The notes below the pieces were generated by a model that made no database searches, was not told the origin of the DNA, and saw only the letters and a program-made list of their open reading frames with translations. Shown here one piece after another: positions 30,278 to 45,148 of a stretch of DNA of 64,000 nucleotides. Each line of letters opens with the position of its first letter. Position 1 is the stretch's first letter. A program made the translations under genes and the position numbers. The stretch is from the human T2T-CHM13v2.0 reference genome, Homo sapiens, in NCBI RefSeq assembly GCF_009914755.1, contig NC_060939.1; one strand, given 5' to 3'.

Positions 30278-30586
30278 TTTTCTTTTCTTTTCTTTCTTTT
30301 CTTAGGTAGGGTCTCACTCTGTTGCCCATGCTGGAATGCAATGGTGTGATCATGGCTCAGTGCAGCCTCAACCTCCTGGGCTCAGATGATCCTCCCACAT
30401 CAGCCTCCTGAGTATCTGGGATTACAGGCACCTGCCACCACACCGGGCTAATTTTTTCATATTTTTTGTAGAGACAGGATTTCGCCGTGTTGCCCAGGCT
30501 GCTCTTGAACTCCTGGGCTCTAGTGATCCTCCCATCTTGGCCTCCCAAAGTGCTGGGATTACAGGCGTGGTGGCTCACGCCCAGCC
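30278..30586 (-). mobile_element. AluJ-like
   Basis: T-rich tail followed by reverse Alu dimer. Confidence 0.88.
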
Positions 30587-32444
30587 TTTCAGTGCTTTTC
30601 AAAGCTCATTATCCTTCCTGATCTGACAGATGGGAATCTCCCATTCCAGATTGAGGTAAGGACAATGGAGTGCTTCTACGTCAGTTCTCCTTTCAAGGTA
30701 TTAACTTCCCTCCTTCTTTGAAATGCTCTTATAGTTTTCCCTCTCCCTGCTACCCAGTCCCAAAGCTAAGGGCAGACAAAGAGGATGTACATTGTGGTTG
30801 TGGTTGGCTGATGGCTGGTGGAGGCAGCATCACTGCCCATCCTCATCATCAAGGCTCCCATCCTGCAACCCACCCCAACCCCCCCAGCACATAATGCCCG
30901 TATAATGTGATGACTTGGCCTTGGCGCAGTTTCTGTGAAGAGTGAAAAGGCCAAGATCCGTGAGTTACTTCTCCACCCACAGGCATCACATTATAAACCA
31001 CCCAGCACCCACGCCATTCCATTTTATTAGCACTGAGACTGTATAGGTGAGCATCTAAGATGCCTTCCTATATCTAGATGACTCCCAGGAGAGGCCAGAA
31101 ATCTAAGTTCAGCATTTGACAAATGTTTCCAAACGCACTTGTGAGGACTATCTTGGCCAAATATTAAATCCAGTTCATATTTATAACCTGACATGCAATG
31201 CATTATCAAAGTATGTTCCATCTAATTTCACCACTTAAACTTTCCAGTAAGATGAACTTGATGACATGGAGCACACATTCAGGAAAAAGGCAAAGTGCTA
31301 TTTTGAAATACTCAGTGTGTTTGCTATGGTAGCTATAAAATGTGGATGAAATCTAAGGAAAAACATTTTCCCATTTATTAAGAGTGCCATCGGTTATTTA
31401 CAAGGCAGGCAGTCCAGGCATTGAGCCATATCATGTATGACTGCATTTACCAGGAGATATGTCGTCTTGTTCCAAAAACAACAGTGAGGGGGAAAAGTTT
31501 TGTGTCATTTTATAGTGTCTCTGGAAATGAAATTAAATCGAGAATTGAACCTATTACCTATAAAATCCACTTGTCTGAAATGAAATTAGTGAGACAAAGT
31601 TATCTTTTCTTTCCTTAAAATAATGGGGAACATGTGACATTTTCTATTTCTGCCCCACCTCTCCACACATAAGAAATATACTAGAGTAACTTCAGAGGCT
31701 ACACAAAAAGCCCTCTTATAAAACCTGATAGCAAATACAATCTAAGTCCATTAGAGAAACAAATTATTTAGCACCTGAATTTGTCTGACTTCAACATGCA
31801 GTTTGTATTGTTCCCAAAAACAGCATGCACACGTTTCAAGAAGAAAAAAGATTTTAAAAAAACTCTATAGGCTTTATACTCCATACAACCTGTGCTTTCA
31901 CAGGCTCCATTAATTTGAACATTTTGATGGCAAGTACCATGAACAATACAGAGGGTCTTGCACCATGTGACCCAAGTCACTGTCAACCCTCTGTTGAGTG
32001 ATTCATTGCATTTTAATTTCAATCAAAGAATATTTTGAAAGATCTGTCGGATATGGCTACAAACCAGTATCAGTGCTGAGTTTGCGTAAAAGCCATTTCT
32101 GCCAGGATGACCTGGAAGATGTATAGTACCATTAGCTATTTTACATATTCATAATTTATATTCCACTTGATTCTAAAAGTATTTGAAATAATTTTAACTT
32201 CACATATAGCTTAAATTTTTTATTTGTAAAAAAAAGAAACAAATGCAACAGAATTTCTAGGTTCACATATTTCCTATGAAAGAAAATTCAGTTTAGTTCT
32301 CAATTCCCTAATAGCCACAGAAAAAAAGGAAACAGATGAATTACAATAATTTCATTATATTCTTGGTTTTTTAAAAGAAATATCCTAGCTTTTTTAGAGA
32401 AAATATTTTCCAGGTGTGAAATTTTTTAAAGTATAGGTCCTCGA

Positions 32445-32764
<320 letters not shown>

Positions 32765-33184
32765 TCATCTGGAATAACTTCCTGGACACTGTAAGAAATC
32801 CAAAAGATGCAGAATTATTTTTGATATGGCTGTGGCTTATGCCAACCAGTAATAAAATCCCAGGACATGACATTAAAAGTCATGTACCATCATAACAGTT
32901 ATTACCAATGACATGCTAAGTATGGCAGAATAAAATTCCAGCCATTCCAGTGTCACTAATTCTGTCCAATTTTAATGTGAGGCCAAGAAAAGTTTCCAGT
33001 GCCATGATATTTCCTTCAAATTGAACTACTAGGAACAGCTGAAGTATAAGAAAGAGGAGAACCAAATGATGACTGTCTGAATTGTCCCCATCTTCCTTAG
33101 ATGTACAAGGATAGAGAGTAATATGGTTATCCAGAGAGATGTCCAACTTGCAAAAATTATATAAAGTGAAAGTGATATACTTAC

Positions 33185-33232
33185 ATCACCCTCCAAGCTG
33201 AGCTTGCACAGGATTTCGTGAACAGTAGACAT
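33185..33232 (-). CDS. ANXA2: ANXA2 exon 2 coding part (MSTVHEILCKLSLEGD); whole exon 33185-33243
   Basis: Acceptor ttttccAG|CTTCCTTCAAAATG, donor GAT|GTAAGT. Annexin A2 N-terminal S100A10-binding peptide. Confidence 0.98.
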
Positions 33233-34574
33233 TTTGAAGGAAGCTGGAAAAAAAGAACAACAAAAAGTCTTTATGAAGAGGCTCTTCTTTACTCTGAAGC
33301 ACAGCGACTCATTATGCTAATTTCTACTCCTTGGACCATTTCATCTGACGATATTGGAGTAGTTTTTGCAAACAGATGCAATTCCCATCTTACGACTGTA
33401 AAAACTAAACCTCAGAGATGGTCTGCCTTGGGTTGGGATGGACTACTAAACTAGCCAGTCTTTCTCTTCCTCTGTGTAAACAGAACCTGGGGAGACTGAT
33501 GTGTGAATGCAAAAACAAAATGTTCCCCATGGCTAATGCAACCTGTTCAGACAGGATAAAACTGAGTCTTCTACTTCTCATAAAAGGTGATGGGCTTGCC
33601 GAACCAGCCACTACTTCTGTATTTCTCACAAGTAATTAAACATATTGAGAAGGACCTGAAAGCTACGATGTGAATCGAAATTAGTAGCATTTTCATGTTG
33701 CCCTAATTCTTAATTGGAATCTTTATTATTACCCATAATTACTTTCTTAGTCCAATGATACTTGGAAGATATTAAAGTATTTATGAGAAAGACGATGGAC
33801 AGATTTTCTGACCTTAACTCATTCCATAAAGGACTGAATCTGTTGTATTTAAGATTTGAAATGGTTGAAATGAAGTCATCTTCCAGTTAATATACTTAAT
33901 GGGGCAGCAAAACAATAGCCTGATGAATTGGCTTTCCAGCTTTGCAATCATACAGTTCTCGGAATTGATACACCCAATCCCTGCCAATAAGGAGTGCTCA
34001 ATTGGTGGTAAATTTATCTCAACAGAGACAAGACAGGTCATCAACATAATCACCCCAAGAAGAAAGAAAACAGAGTAGAGCTGCGTCCTGAAATAGACAG
34101 GAACGACATTTAAATTGCAGTGACTCCTGCTTTGGTCTCTTTTTGCTTAATATTCTTTGATCAAGGAAACTGCACACATGCAAATACAGCTTTCTATTCT
34201 CTTCACTTTGTTTAGTCTAAATATTTTCATAAAACTGGTTTGGCGAGAGTATGTGACATAGATATTTGCTAACTTATAGGAACATTTTGGACTAAGCAGA
34301 TCCCAGGCCTGGTGTGGGAAGAAAGTGGGGAAATGTAAGAGGAGAGGATTCGCCTTTAGTTGTGGTGAAGGATGTATTTTTGCAAGATTCTCATCCTGGG
34401 CTCTCCCCCAGACCACTACTCTCTTCTTGATGCTCACAGAAGCTTTTTATGCACAGCGAAAAGTCAGTCAAAGACCTTCCACTTCCCCCACACTCACAAC
34501 TCTCAGACAGCCTCCCCACCCCAATTTGTCCCACCGTTGGGGTATAATTCTGGTTTGTAAAAAGTATTGCTCTA

Positions 34575-35062
34575 GAAATAAACTGTGGTACATTCAGACA
34601 TGGAATATTATTCAGCACTGAAAAGAAATGAGCCATCAAGCCATGAAAAGACACAGAGGAACCTAAATTGCACATTGCTGAGTGAAAGAAGCCAACTGAA
34701 AAGGTAATACAGTGTATAGTTCCAACTTCATACCATTCTGGAAAAGGCAAAATTATGGGGACAGCAAAAAGATCAGGGATTCAGGGGAGGGGATTATTAA
34801 GGCAATGAAATGATTCTATCTGATATTGTAATGGTGGATGCATCTATGTACAACACCAACAGTGAATGCTAATGTAAACGATGGACTTTGAGTGGTAACG
34901 ATGTGTCAATGTAGGTTCATCAGTTCTAACAAATGTACCACCCTGATACGGGATGTTGACAGTGGAAGCTATGCGTATGTGGGAACAGGGGAACATGGGC
35001 ATTCTTTGTATTTTCTATTCAACTTTGCCATGAACCTAAAACTTTCCTAAAAATGAAGACAA
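34575..35062 (+). mobile_element. L1MB-type 3' fragment
   Basis: ataaactgtggtacattcagacatggaatattattcagc...caaatgtaccaccctg...tgaacctaaaac. Confidence 0.8.
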
Positions 35063-35064
35063 TC

Positions 35065-36108
<1,044 letters not shown>

Positions 36109-37368
36109 ACAGTCTTCTTGACAGAGCAAGAAATCTCTAACTTCAACATGGACCAAGAAACATTCTAGAGGGTCTCATCAGTATCCCTCAGCCCGAGAAT
36201 TACCGAAGCAGAGGTGAAACTCCTAGGATGGACATCAAACCACCCAAGCCCTGGCCTTAACTATCACCCCTGGACTCAGTCAGAACTGGACCAGGTCTGC
36301 AGCAGGGGATAAACTGTTGTCATCTGCTGTGCAGAATTCTAGTCTCTACCATAAACAGGCAAGAAATAAAAAATGCCAAACGTAAAACAAAAGCAAAACC
36401 AGGGAACTAGCAAGTCAGAGTTGCAAACAGAGTTGTTTCCACTTAGAGAGTATAGATTAAATTCCACTTGTTTATGAAATCAGACACCTCACATTGGTTC
36501 CGATGTTTAGAAAATCTCAACTAGAGGCACGGTAACTTTTCATTGTGTTGTTCTTTCAAGTTGTCTTTCCAGCTCTGAGCTTTGTAGACTGCTGCCTACC
36601 CGTGTCCCACATGGGACTCCCCAGTACTGTGCAGATCAAAGACAATCTGATAGGCTTCTTTACACTCTCCATTCATGTTAATTCTTCTCCCACAGCCACA
36701 ACACCTTGAGGAGACTGTTAAAAGCCCCACAAATCTTCCTTTCGGTTTCACCATTCATAACTGTGCTGCTCTTTCATCAAATCAGTCCTGCATGCCACCA
36801 CCAACTAAATCTCCCCATTTAATCTTGTCAAAATCATTTGACATCATTCAAAATCAGTCCTCCAGCAGAGCCCAGCCTTCAAAGATGAGCATCAGAATCC
36901 TGTAAACAGTAAACAGTTCCCTCTGTTTACTCCTCAGCTACAGTTGACTAGGGCCAAAATGTGACTTGCCTCTCCGCACTCACCACTACTTCAGTATCTG
37001 CTCCAACAGGGTCACCACGACCCCTACTCTACAGAACTCTATCTTGCCTTTCACTGCCAGGGCACTTTTTGATACCACTTCATTCATCCATTCGGCAGAA
37101 TGTTTTAAGTGCCCTACACGTGCCAAGTATTCAAATGGTGAATGCATAGGTACAATTCAAAGCAGTAGAAAGTATATGGTTGACCTCATCTTCCCTACAT
37201 AGTCCCAGTCCCCCTACAGATTTCAGATTATCTTTACATAATGCAGGTGCTAAATCAACTTGAAAACAATGAGTTGCTATTTTGCATAACATTTATACTA
37301 TGTATAACCATTTTGCAGAAAAAAAAAACAAAACACAAACATCACAATAACCACAAAGTCACACTTAC

Positions 37369-37473
37369 CACAAAGCAGTATCTATGAAATTTGACATTAT
37401 CCCATGCAGGTGCCTTTTGTATCCATATAAATATTTCCTACTTCATGTGAGTTTAATGGCAAACATTTTCACC
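37369..37473 (-). other. ANXA2: ANXA2 alternative 5'-UTR exon (105 nt, five upstream ATGs)
   Basis: Acceptor TATTTTATTTCTAG|GGTGAAAATG and strong donor TTGTG|GTAAGT. Matches a recalled ANXA2 transcript-variant leader. Confidence 0.72.
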
Positions 37474-37487
37474 CTAGAAATAAAATA

Positions 37488-37910
37488 TGGCCACTTTCCT
37501 CCCATGCCGATAGCATTCCGGAAAACATGGTGAACATTCCTAAAACCCACTGGGCTTTCTGTAAGAAGTGTGGCAAGCACCAACCCCACAAAACGGCACA
37601 ATACCAGGACTCCCTGTATGCCCAGGGAAAGCGGCGTTATGACAAGAAGCAGAGTGACTATGGTGGGTAGACTAAGGCAATTTTCTGGAAAACGGGTAAA
37701 ATTACAAAGGAGGTTGTGCTGAGGCTTGAGTGTGCTGACCCCATCTGCAGATCTAAGAAAATGCTGGCTGTTAAGACATGCAAACATTTTCAACTGGGAG
37801 GAGATAACAAAAGAAAGGGCCAAGTGATCCAGTTCTAAGCATCATCTTTTGTTTTATTATGAGGACAATAAAATCTTGAGGTTATGTCCAAAAAACAAAA
37901 CAAAATAAAA
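37488..37910 (+). pseudogene. RPL36A (eL42) processed pseudogene in ANXA2 intron 1
   Basis: ATG at 37527: [22 protein letters not shown]...DYGG*TKAIF...KRKGQVIQF* (TAA 37836-37838). In-frame 9-nt deletion, premature TAG at 37668-37670, AATAAA and A-rich tail. TSD AGAAATAAAATA at 37476-37487 and 37911-37922. Confidence 0.93.
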
Positions 37911-39464
37911 AGAAATAAAATACAGTGCTTGCTTCTTCACTCCATCAAATCCCCTAGCAATGCAAAGTCATTTTGCATATGATCTATTATTCGCTGGAAG
38001 GAACAGTTGGCTTTGCGATTCACTGTTTGTTAAAACATTAGTTTAATATAGCATATTTGACTAATGAGAATGTGTCAGTGTGCTGCTATCCTTGAAAGCA
38101 GGAAAAGGAAGTCTTGGCAGTGCTACTGTAGGTTACAAACACTGGTAATACGCAAGGAATTAATCAACGAACCCATACCAAGCATACGCTGAGCCTGCAC
38201 TATATTAAAGGATACAAAAGACACTTATAAAACTGTGAAATGCAGACTTCCACCCTGCAGGACCTTTGAGCTCTCTTCCCTTCGTGCCTCTGTGACACAC
38301 TGAGAGTCTAGTCCAGGGTCACCCAGTGAATTAAGTAGCTGAGGCAGGGCCAAAACCCAGATCCCCAGACTCCTGGGCCAATGCCCTTTCAACCTCACCA
38401 CAATGGTTCTTTATTCCAAGTGATTAAGACACAGAGAGAAAGATCACAGCCATCAGAGCGGGATTAGTTAAGGGCTTAACAGGGAGGTGCTGTCTGCCTA
38501 GGCTGAGAAGGGTGAATCACCATGGGAGGTTCCAGCCAAGAAGCAAGGGGGAAGGCCTGGGGAGAGGGGAAGAGGAATAATGCCCCAGGGTGGCAGAAGA
38601 ACAAGACTACAGGCTGGAAAATGAGCCACGTCCAGTGGGGTGCCCTGTGGGGAACCTAAAATATAAGTCTCTGAATGGTGCAAAGTTAAGCTTGCCTATG
38701 GAAATACTGGGGAACCTATGAGCCAAAATGATTGGGACTCAGTACTCATATTTATCTATTCACCAAAACATTTGCTCTGGAGGCAGAATTTTCTTACTGA
38801 AAACAACTACTCTGACTTCAGTGTACTTACTGTTTTGAATGAAAATAAAAAATAAAGCCTACATGCTGTATGAGACAATTTCACCTCTACTCACTCCTCA
38901 TCACCATATAAAACTCATAAATCCATTAAAAACAGAACCACTACTCCTTTTCTGGCAGACTTCTCTAAAGAACATGAAAATGGCAGTTTGCACCACTCTT
39001 TCCAACACTTCAACCTCACCCAGCTTGCCGACTGGTTTCAACTCTCCAACAAGAAAAAAAAAAAATCAGCAAATTCAATATGTTGATGAGTACATCTACA
39101 TACACATCAGTGCCGTGCCTTCCATTCCCAGGGAGGGCAGGGTCACTAGACAACATCATTAAAATGACCCTTTATCAGAGAACGTTTTTCTGTTTAAGGA
39201 AATAAACTAGAGGTACAGGGAGACTCACTGATAAGAGCCATACCCACCTCAAACTGGTTTAAAATCATTCACTACTTGGGTAGGAAAACAGGTCACTTGG
39301 CCCCACCCTAATGAAAAGAACAGTTTCTTCTGCCTTGAAAAGGCTGATAAATGAGACTGTGAATGCCTGGCTAAAAAAGCTCACAGTACAAGGCTGATCA
39401 TTAATGAAATCAGTGCAGTTATTGAGAAACAAGTCATTTACATTTAACATAAGGACTATATTAT

Positions 39465-39536
39465 TTAGGTTGGTGCAAAAATAACTGCCATTACTTTTAA
39501 TGGCAAAAACCACAATTAACTTTTGTACCAACCTAA
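39465..39536. mobile_element. MADE1 (Hsmar1-derived MITE)
   Basis: TTAGGTTGGTGCAAAA...TTTTGTACCAACCTAA terminal inverted repeats, followed by TA. Confidence 0.9.
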
Positions 39537-41499
39537 TAATTTAAGGGTTTGTCCTTATTAAAAAAAAAAAACTCTATAGATTTTATTGTATTCTATTGCT
39601 TCACTACGAAAGTGCAGTTACAAACAAAAAAAGGACAAGTGAAGCAGTTTTAACTTTACTCCCAAAAAGAAAAGTTTACAAAAAGGTTAAAACAAACAAA
39701 CAAAAGAAAACTTAAAAGTCAACACTTCAAATAGTAAAAACACATTCTACTGAACTAAATTAAGAACCAGTTCCAAAAAGCCCAAATGTTAATCTGAACA
39801 AACAAAAACATACTGCAACAGGGCTGGTCTGCACAGGCAAATCTGAGTCTAATCCAGAAGTTTTGTGGACACACCCACTTCACAGTTTAAACGTGGAGTG
39901 TTGATGCGTTACCGCAAAACAGATTCTTAGCAACCATGGTGAATCAATCAGGGACTGGTGATTCAAATGAAGATTTTAAAGCAAAAATGGGTAGAGGTGG
40001 GAGTGTGGAGAGTTGGGTTCTCCATCAAAGCTCTTACTGTACACAGTCCTGGACACACAGTCTACAGGCCACACTGGAATTTTAAACTAAAAAAAAAAAA
40101 AAAAAAATGTACTGGGTGAGGAGAGGGGTTCCCACTGTACTCCATCCTCCACCCACCTACTGCATCTTTATTTATCAGAACCTTTTTGAAAGCAGATATT
40201 CTTCTCCTTGGTTTTATGGTCTTGATTAATGACTGAGTCACAGGGCCAACTCATTCCCCAGAATTCCTGGAATTCGGCCCAGTGACCTCGATCAAACTGA
40301 GCAGGAGGGACACACAGCACTTGCTCCAGCTTGTCTCTTCTGTGGCCTGATCTGAATCAATATTTGTTTGCTCCCTACTGACTTGTTGCAGCTTCATGCT
40401 CTCACAGCCTCTCTCTGCTGGTATCCTGATCTGGGGTTGGAGTGGGTGGAAAGAGACCGGCAGGAAGAATGATGTCACTTGGCATGAAGCACTTTCAGGG
40501 TTGGGAAATCCAGGCCTTCAAGTCTGCAACTCAATTTCAGTGTTTTATGGCCCACATATTGTATTTTCAACAGGGCCTGGCCGCCTACAGAAAAAAGTCT
40601 AATGTCAGCATTCAAGACCTTCCACACTGTGGACTTACCTACCTTTCCTTAAATATCTTCTATACACACACACATGCATACACGCATCCTGCACAGAAGA
40701 GTTAACTGGACTGTTAACTCTTCTCCAAACACGCTCAGCACTTTCTAAGTTCCCTCCACCAGGAACCTCAATCTTAATTAGCTGACATCTGAATGAGTCT
40801 TTAGGATACAGGAAATCATAAATGCCGCCTTTCTCACACACCCCTCCTTGCCCTGTGCTTCTGCAGCTTTTTGTGTGTCTGTGCAACATTAGAGTTACAT
40901 GTGTAAAGTCTGTCTTCCGTATTATCCGCCCACAGGGTTTCCAACTTAACTCCCTCCTGTTTCCTCATAAGTCTGAGCACAGTGCCTGGCACACGATAGG
41001 CATTCAATTTCATCTTGGGATGGTTTACACACACTGGGTCTTTCTATATTAGAAAGTCTTTTTTTCTTCTTTTCCAACACACTCTCCTTCCTCAATTTTC
41101 TCTCTCCCTCAGACTGGACATTTCGAATGCAGTTCCAGTTCCGTGCATTCAGAGTTGGAGGCTTAAATCACCAACTTCTGCAAATCTTAGCAAAGCCCAG
41201 CAGGTCGCTTCAGGGCAGCCTCTTATCAACATATAGCCATGCCCCCCACCTCTGTGCTGTCAGGGATACTTGGACCCTAGCTCTGTCCATAGGACCACAT
41301 GGGAACGTAACCTACAACTCCTAGCAAGAAGGCAGCAAAGAGGCAGGATGTACGAGTGGCCTTAGGACTCTGATTTCCTCTGAGCTGTGAGTGTATAGCC
41401 TGGGTGTGGCAGGGAGACAAAGGACATGGACAAAGGGCTCCATAACACAGTCACTCCCTAGAATAAGAAATTTCTACACCACACCTGGGGTAAAACTCA

Positions 41500-41868
<369 letters not shown>

Positions 41869-44395
41869 TCAGGGTGTACCCTAGAAGGGAGATTTGGAAG
41901 TCATCTGGTAGAACCACCCAGAAGGACAAATATGGGCATCTCCTGACCCCTACTGCTGACCTGTCCCTGGAGAAAGTAGATGAGGACTGCCTCTGGCAAC
42001 AGCAGAAGAAAAAAGATACCAGGCAGTGAATGGGTGGAAAGAATTTTTTTGAAGGACTGGAATTTCCTCTGGTGTGGCCTACAACTAGAATAGGGTGTGG
42101 CACCAGGGCAAGTGAAGAGGATTCTCATGTGAAAAAAAAGAGGAACATTCCATTTCTATTTAATTCTCCCAATTGAATCTGGAAGGCAGCTTAAGACACC
42201 ATAATTTTAAGCAAAACTTCCCCGAGGTAGGTAAAATGTGAAGTTTAGGTCTGTGGAACAGCTGGATTAAAGGGGAAATGAACTCCCACCAAGTTTAGAA
42301 ACTAGTATTAATTTGGGAAAATATAAAGTTTAAAATCCAACAATTCACTTATTTTGTCTCTTTTCCTTCTCTCTCCGCCAGATTTAAGGTCTAAAGAGCA
42401 GGGATTTTATTTTTGGCGGGGGTCTGTTTTGTTCACTGCTGTATCCCTAGTGCTCATAACTATGAGTGGAACACAGTAGGTAATTAATATTTTGTGGAAT
42501 AAATGGTTGTTTAAAGCAGCCCACTAGAGCCTGAGACTCCTTTTGTGACAATCCCGCTCTCCTTTAATGAAAAATGTCTCCGCAGGCTCCAGGCTCTGCA
42601 CAAGCGAAGGGTGATAACAAAGGCTCCAGACAATGCATTAGTGCCAGATTCTAGGCCCAGTGGTGTAGGAAGAGCCTACAGCCCTCAAAATCAATAGCAA
42701 TTATAGAAGCACATCTACTTTGCCAGGAAAACTACTTAAATCAGAAATTAGCCAGGAAACTAACGGCCATGACTGCGAGCCTGATGTCAATCAATACCAT
42801 AGTTTAATAGCTCAAAGACACAAGATGCTAAATATTGAGACTCCAGTGCAAGACTGAGCTCCTAATCAAAGTCAGTGAGTCAGCAATATTTCCTGGGCAT
42901 TTACCACAGGCAGTCTAGTTGGCACTGCGGGAAATTACAAAATCTAAACGGTCTCCAAATCACAAACCTCCAATTGTAAAAATGCACATAGATGTCACAT
43001 CCTTCCACTGCAGATGCAAGGGACATTTTTGGACAAACCCTTGACCTTTAGATAATCGACAGACTTGGAAGAAGGGAAGAAATTACTAAGCAGGACTGTG
43101 TTAACACTCCTGGCCCTTGCCCATCAAGGGCACCTCTGCTGCCCCAGTCTTACCAAAAATCTTCCTTAATATTGCCTGAATATTGCTGCTTTACATTCTA
43201 TAAATTATAGATCTGTTTAGGTGAACGAGGGTTTTTTATTATTATTATGTATTTATTTTTTGAGACTGGGTCTTGCTATGTTGCTCACATTGGCCTTGGA
43301 CTCAAGAGATCCACTAGCTTGAGCAGCTGGGACTACAGGCCCACGACCACGCCCAGTATCGTTGTTTTTTAAATAACAAGACTCCTCTCGGTTGCTGAGG
43401 CTCTTAGGACCACCAACCATTCCTAACTTAATGAATATCGATTCAATCTGCTAGTCTCTAGCTGGATGCAGGTCCGCCGAAATGGGAAGGAGGAAGGAAT
43501 GCAGCGTAACTGGACCGGCCTGGATGGCTGTTGTAATGCGTCACGGAAGAGCCAGAAGAGCGTCTCTAAGGAGGTGGAAGGTGGAAAAAAGAAAGTGGAA
43601 CAGGGGCAAAGACATAATTTTCCAATTAAAATAATTTACTCAGTGTCAACCTTAAAGCTAAAAAAAGTTCCAGAAAAATATTTCAGTGATTTAGTCTTCC
43701 TACACACACATTGCCCCTCACTACCCTCCACCTCCCCACCACCAATCCCATAATCAGGCAGTGCATGTTAAAAAGGTCTTTCAGGGCTAGCCTGGGAACG
43801 TCAGCACCTTCTGCAACACTGTTTCAGTGGGAAAGTGCATTCTGCATTCCAAGTCACCAAGTTCCAGACAGGCACAGTAGCACACACGTGTGAACAGAAT
43901 CCATCAGTACAGTCTGGGGCCCAGGCCTTTGCACACCAACAACTTAAGGTTCTTGGTAATGGCCCAGCGTGCACCCATGAGGCCACTGCTCTTTTACACA
44001 CGCACTCAGAACACCCACAGCTTTAAAACGGCAATCTTACTACAAAAATGACACTTTGCATTTGCACAGCACTTTGTTTTTTGTGTACTTTACACATTTA
44101 TTACCTAATGACTGTGTATTTTGAAATCTCCAATAACTCTGGGTGGTGGTAAGAATAGGCATCCTTAAGCCACCTTGCCAGATAAGGAAACTTATCTGTG
44201 TTCCCCTCCTTCTTCTCAACAGCCGGCTGATGGAACCCAAGCCCTCCACACCAGCAGTGGGGCCAGCTGCACAGAGCGGCCAGAAGGGAGAGGCCCCGGG
44301 GCCACGCCCTTCTCTCTACTCTCAGTTCCTGACTCATTGTCACATCATGGCGAGTAACAGGACAACCCTCCCCACAGAATCATGGGGGACACTAC

Positions 44396-44476
44396 CTTCC
44401 TGAGGCCAATGTGTTCAACCAAGCGGGAAACTCTCCGGGTAGAGTGAAATCCGAAGTTGCTATGCTACAAGATAAC
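44396..44476 (-). other. ANXA2: ANXA2 alternative 5'-UTR exon (81 nt, no ATG)
   Basis: Acceptor ctctAG|GTTATC and donor GGAAG|GTAGTG. Matches a recalled ANXA2 transcript-variant leader. Confidence 0.75.
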
Positions 44477-45008
44477 CTAGAGCAAGGGGAATAACTGACG
44501 TTTTAATGTCTTCTTTTATGGGGGGCTGAGGGGTGCCTACTCACACTCCCCCCTCTCGTCTTCCCCCGCTACTTCCCTCCTGCTGGTCGGTTCAACTCCA
44601 CAAGCGCGCGTTTGTTTCGAGTACAGTAACTTAGAGCAGATGGGGGGCACTTTCTAGAGGGCAGTGGAAAGCCCACTTGCTACTGCTGCGCCGGGGACCT
44701 GCGGCTCCCTGGGCGGCCACGCCCTGCCTCGGCGGCGCCTGGCGCGTCTGGAATGCGGGGCCTCCCTCCGCCCCTCTCCCCACGCCGCCTCGCCCCGCTC
44801 CCGCTAGGGCTTCTTGGAGAAGCCCGACCCCCCACCACCTCTGCCCTGCACCCTCCCGGCCCGAGCGCCGGTGGCCCCTCACCCCTGCCCCAAACACCTT
44901 GTCCCTGAGCCCCCTCCCCAAAGACTCTCCAGTGCCGGCCGTCCCTTCAGCCCCCTGCCCCCGACGGCCTCCGGGGCCAGTTGCCGGGGCCTCCCTGCCA
45001 GGCCGTAC

Positions 45009-45051
45009 CCTTCTTCCCAGCGTCTCCGCACCCCGCTAGCTGGCGGCCCAT
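45009..45051 (-). CDS. ANXA2: ANXA2 long-isoform first coding segment (MGRQLAGCGDAGKK-A), using a downstream donor
   Basis: ATG at 45051-45049, 43 nt to AAGG|GTACGG. Joined to the 11-nt leader of exon 2 it reads in frame as MGRQLAGCGDAGKKASFK-MSTV, the known 18-aa extended isoform. Confidence 0.88.
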
Positions 45052-45080
45052 CGCGGGCGGGCAGGGCGCGCCCCGCTTAC

Positions 45081-45124
45081 CTGGGCCGTGCGCCGAGAGC
45101 TGAGAGCGTCCCCAAATGCTGAGC
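45081..45124 (-). other. ANXA2: ANXA2 exon 1 (non-coding 5' UTR; TSS approximate)
   Basis: Minus strand reads GCTCAGCATTTGGGGACGCTCTCAGCTCTCGGCGCACGGCCCAG|GTAAGC. Canonical donor GT at 45080-45079. TATAAAA lies ~30 bp upstream. Matches the recalled ANXA2 mRNA leader. Confidence 0.9.
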
Positions 45125-45148
45125 AGAGCCGGCTGGCCTGGGTGGGGC

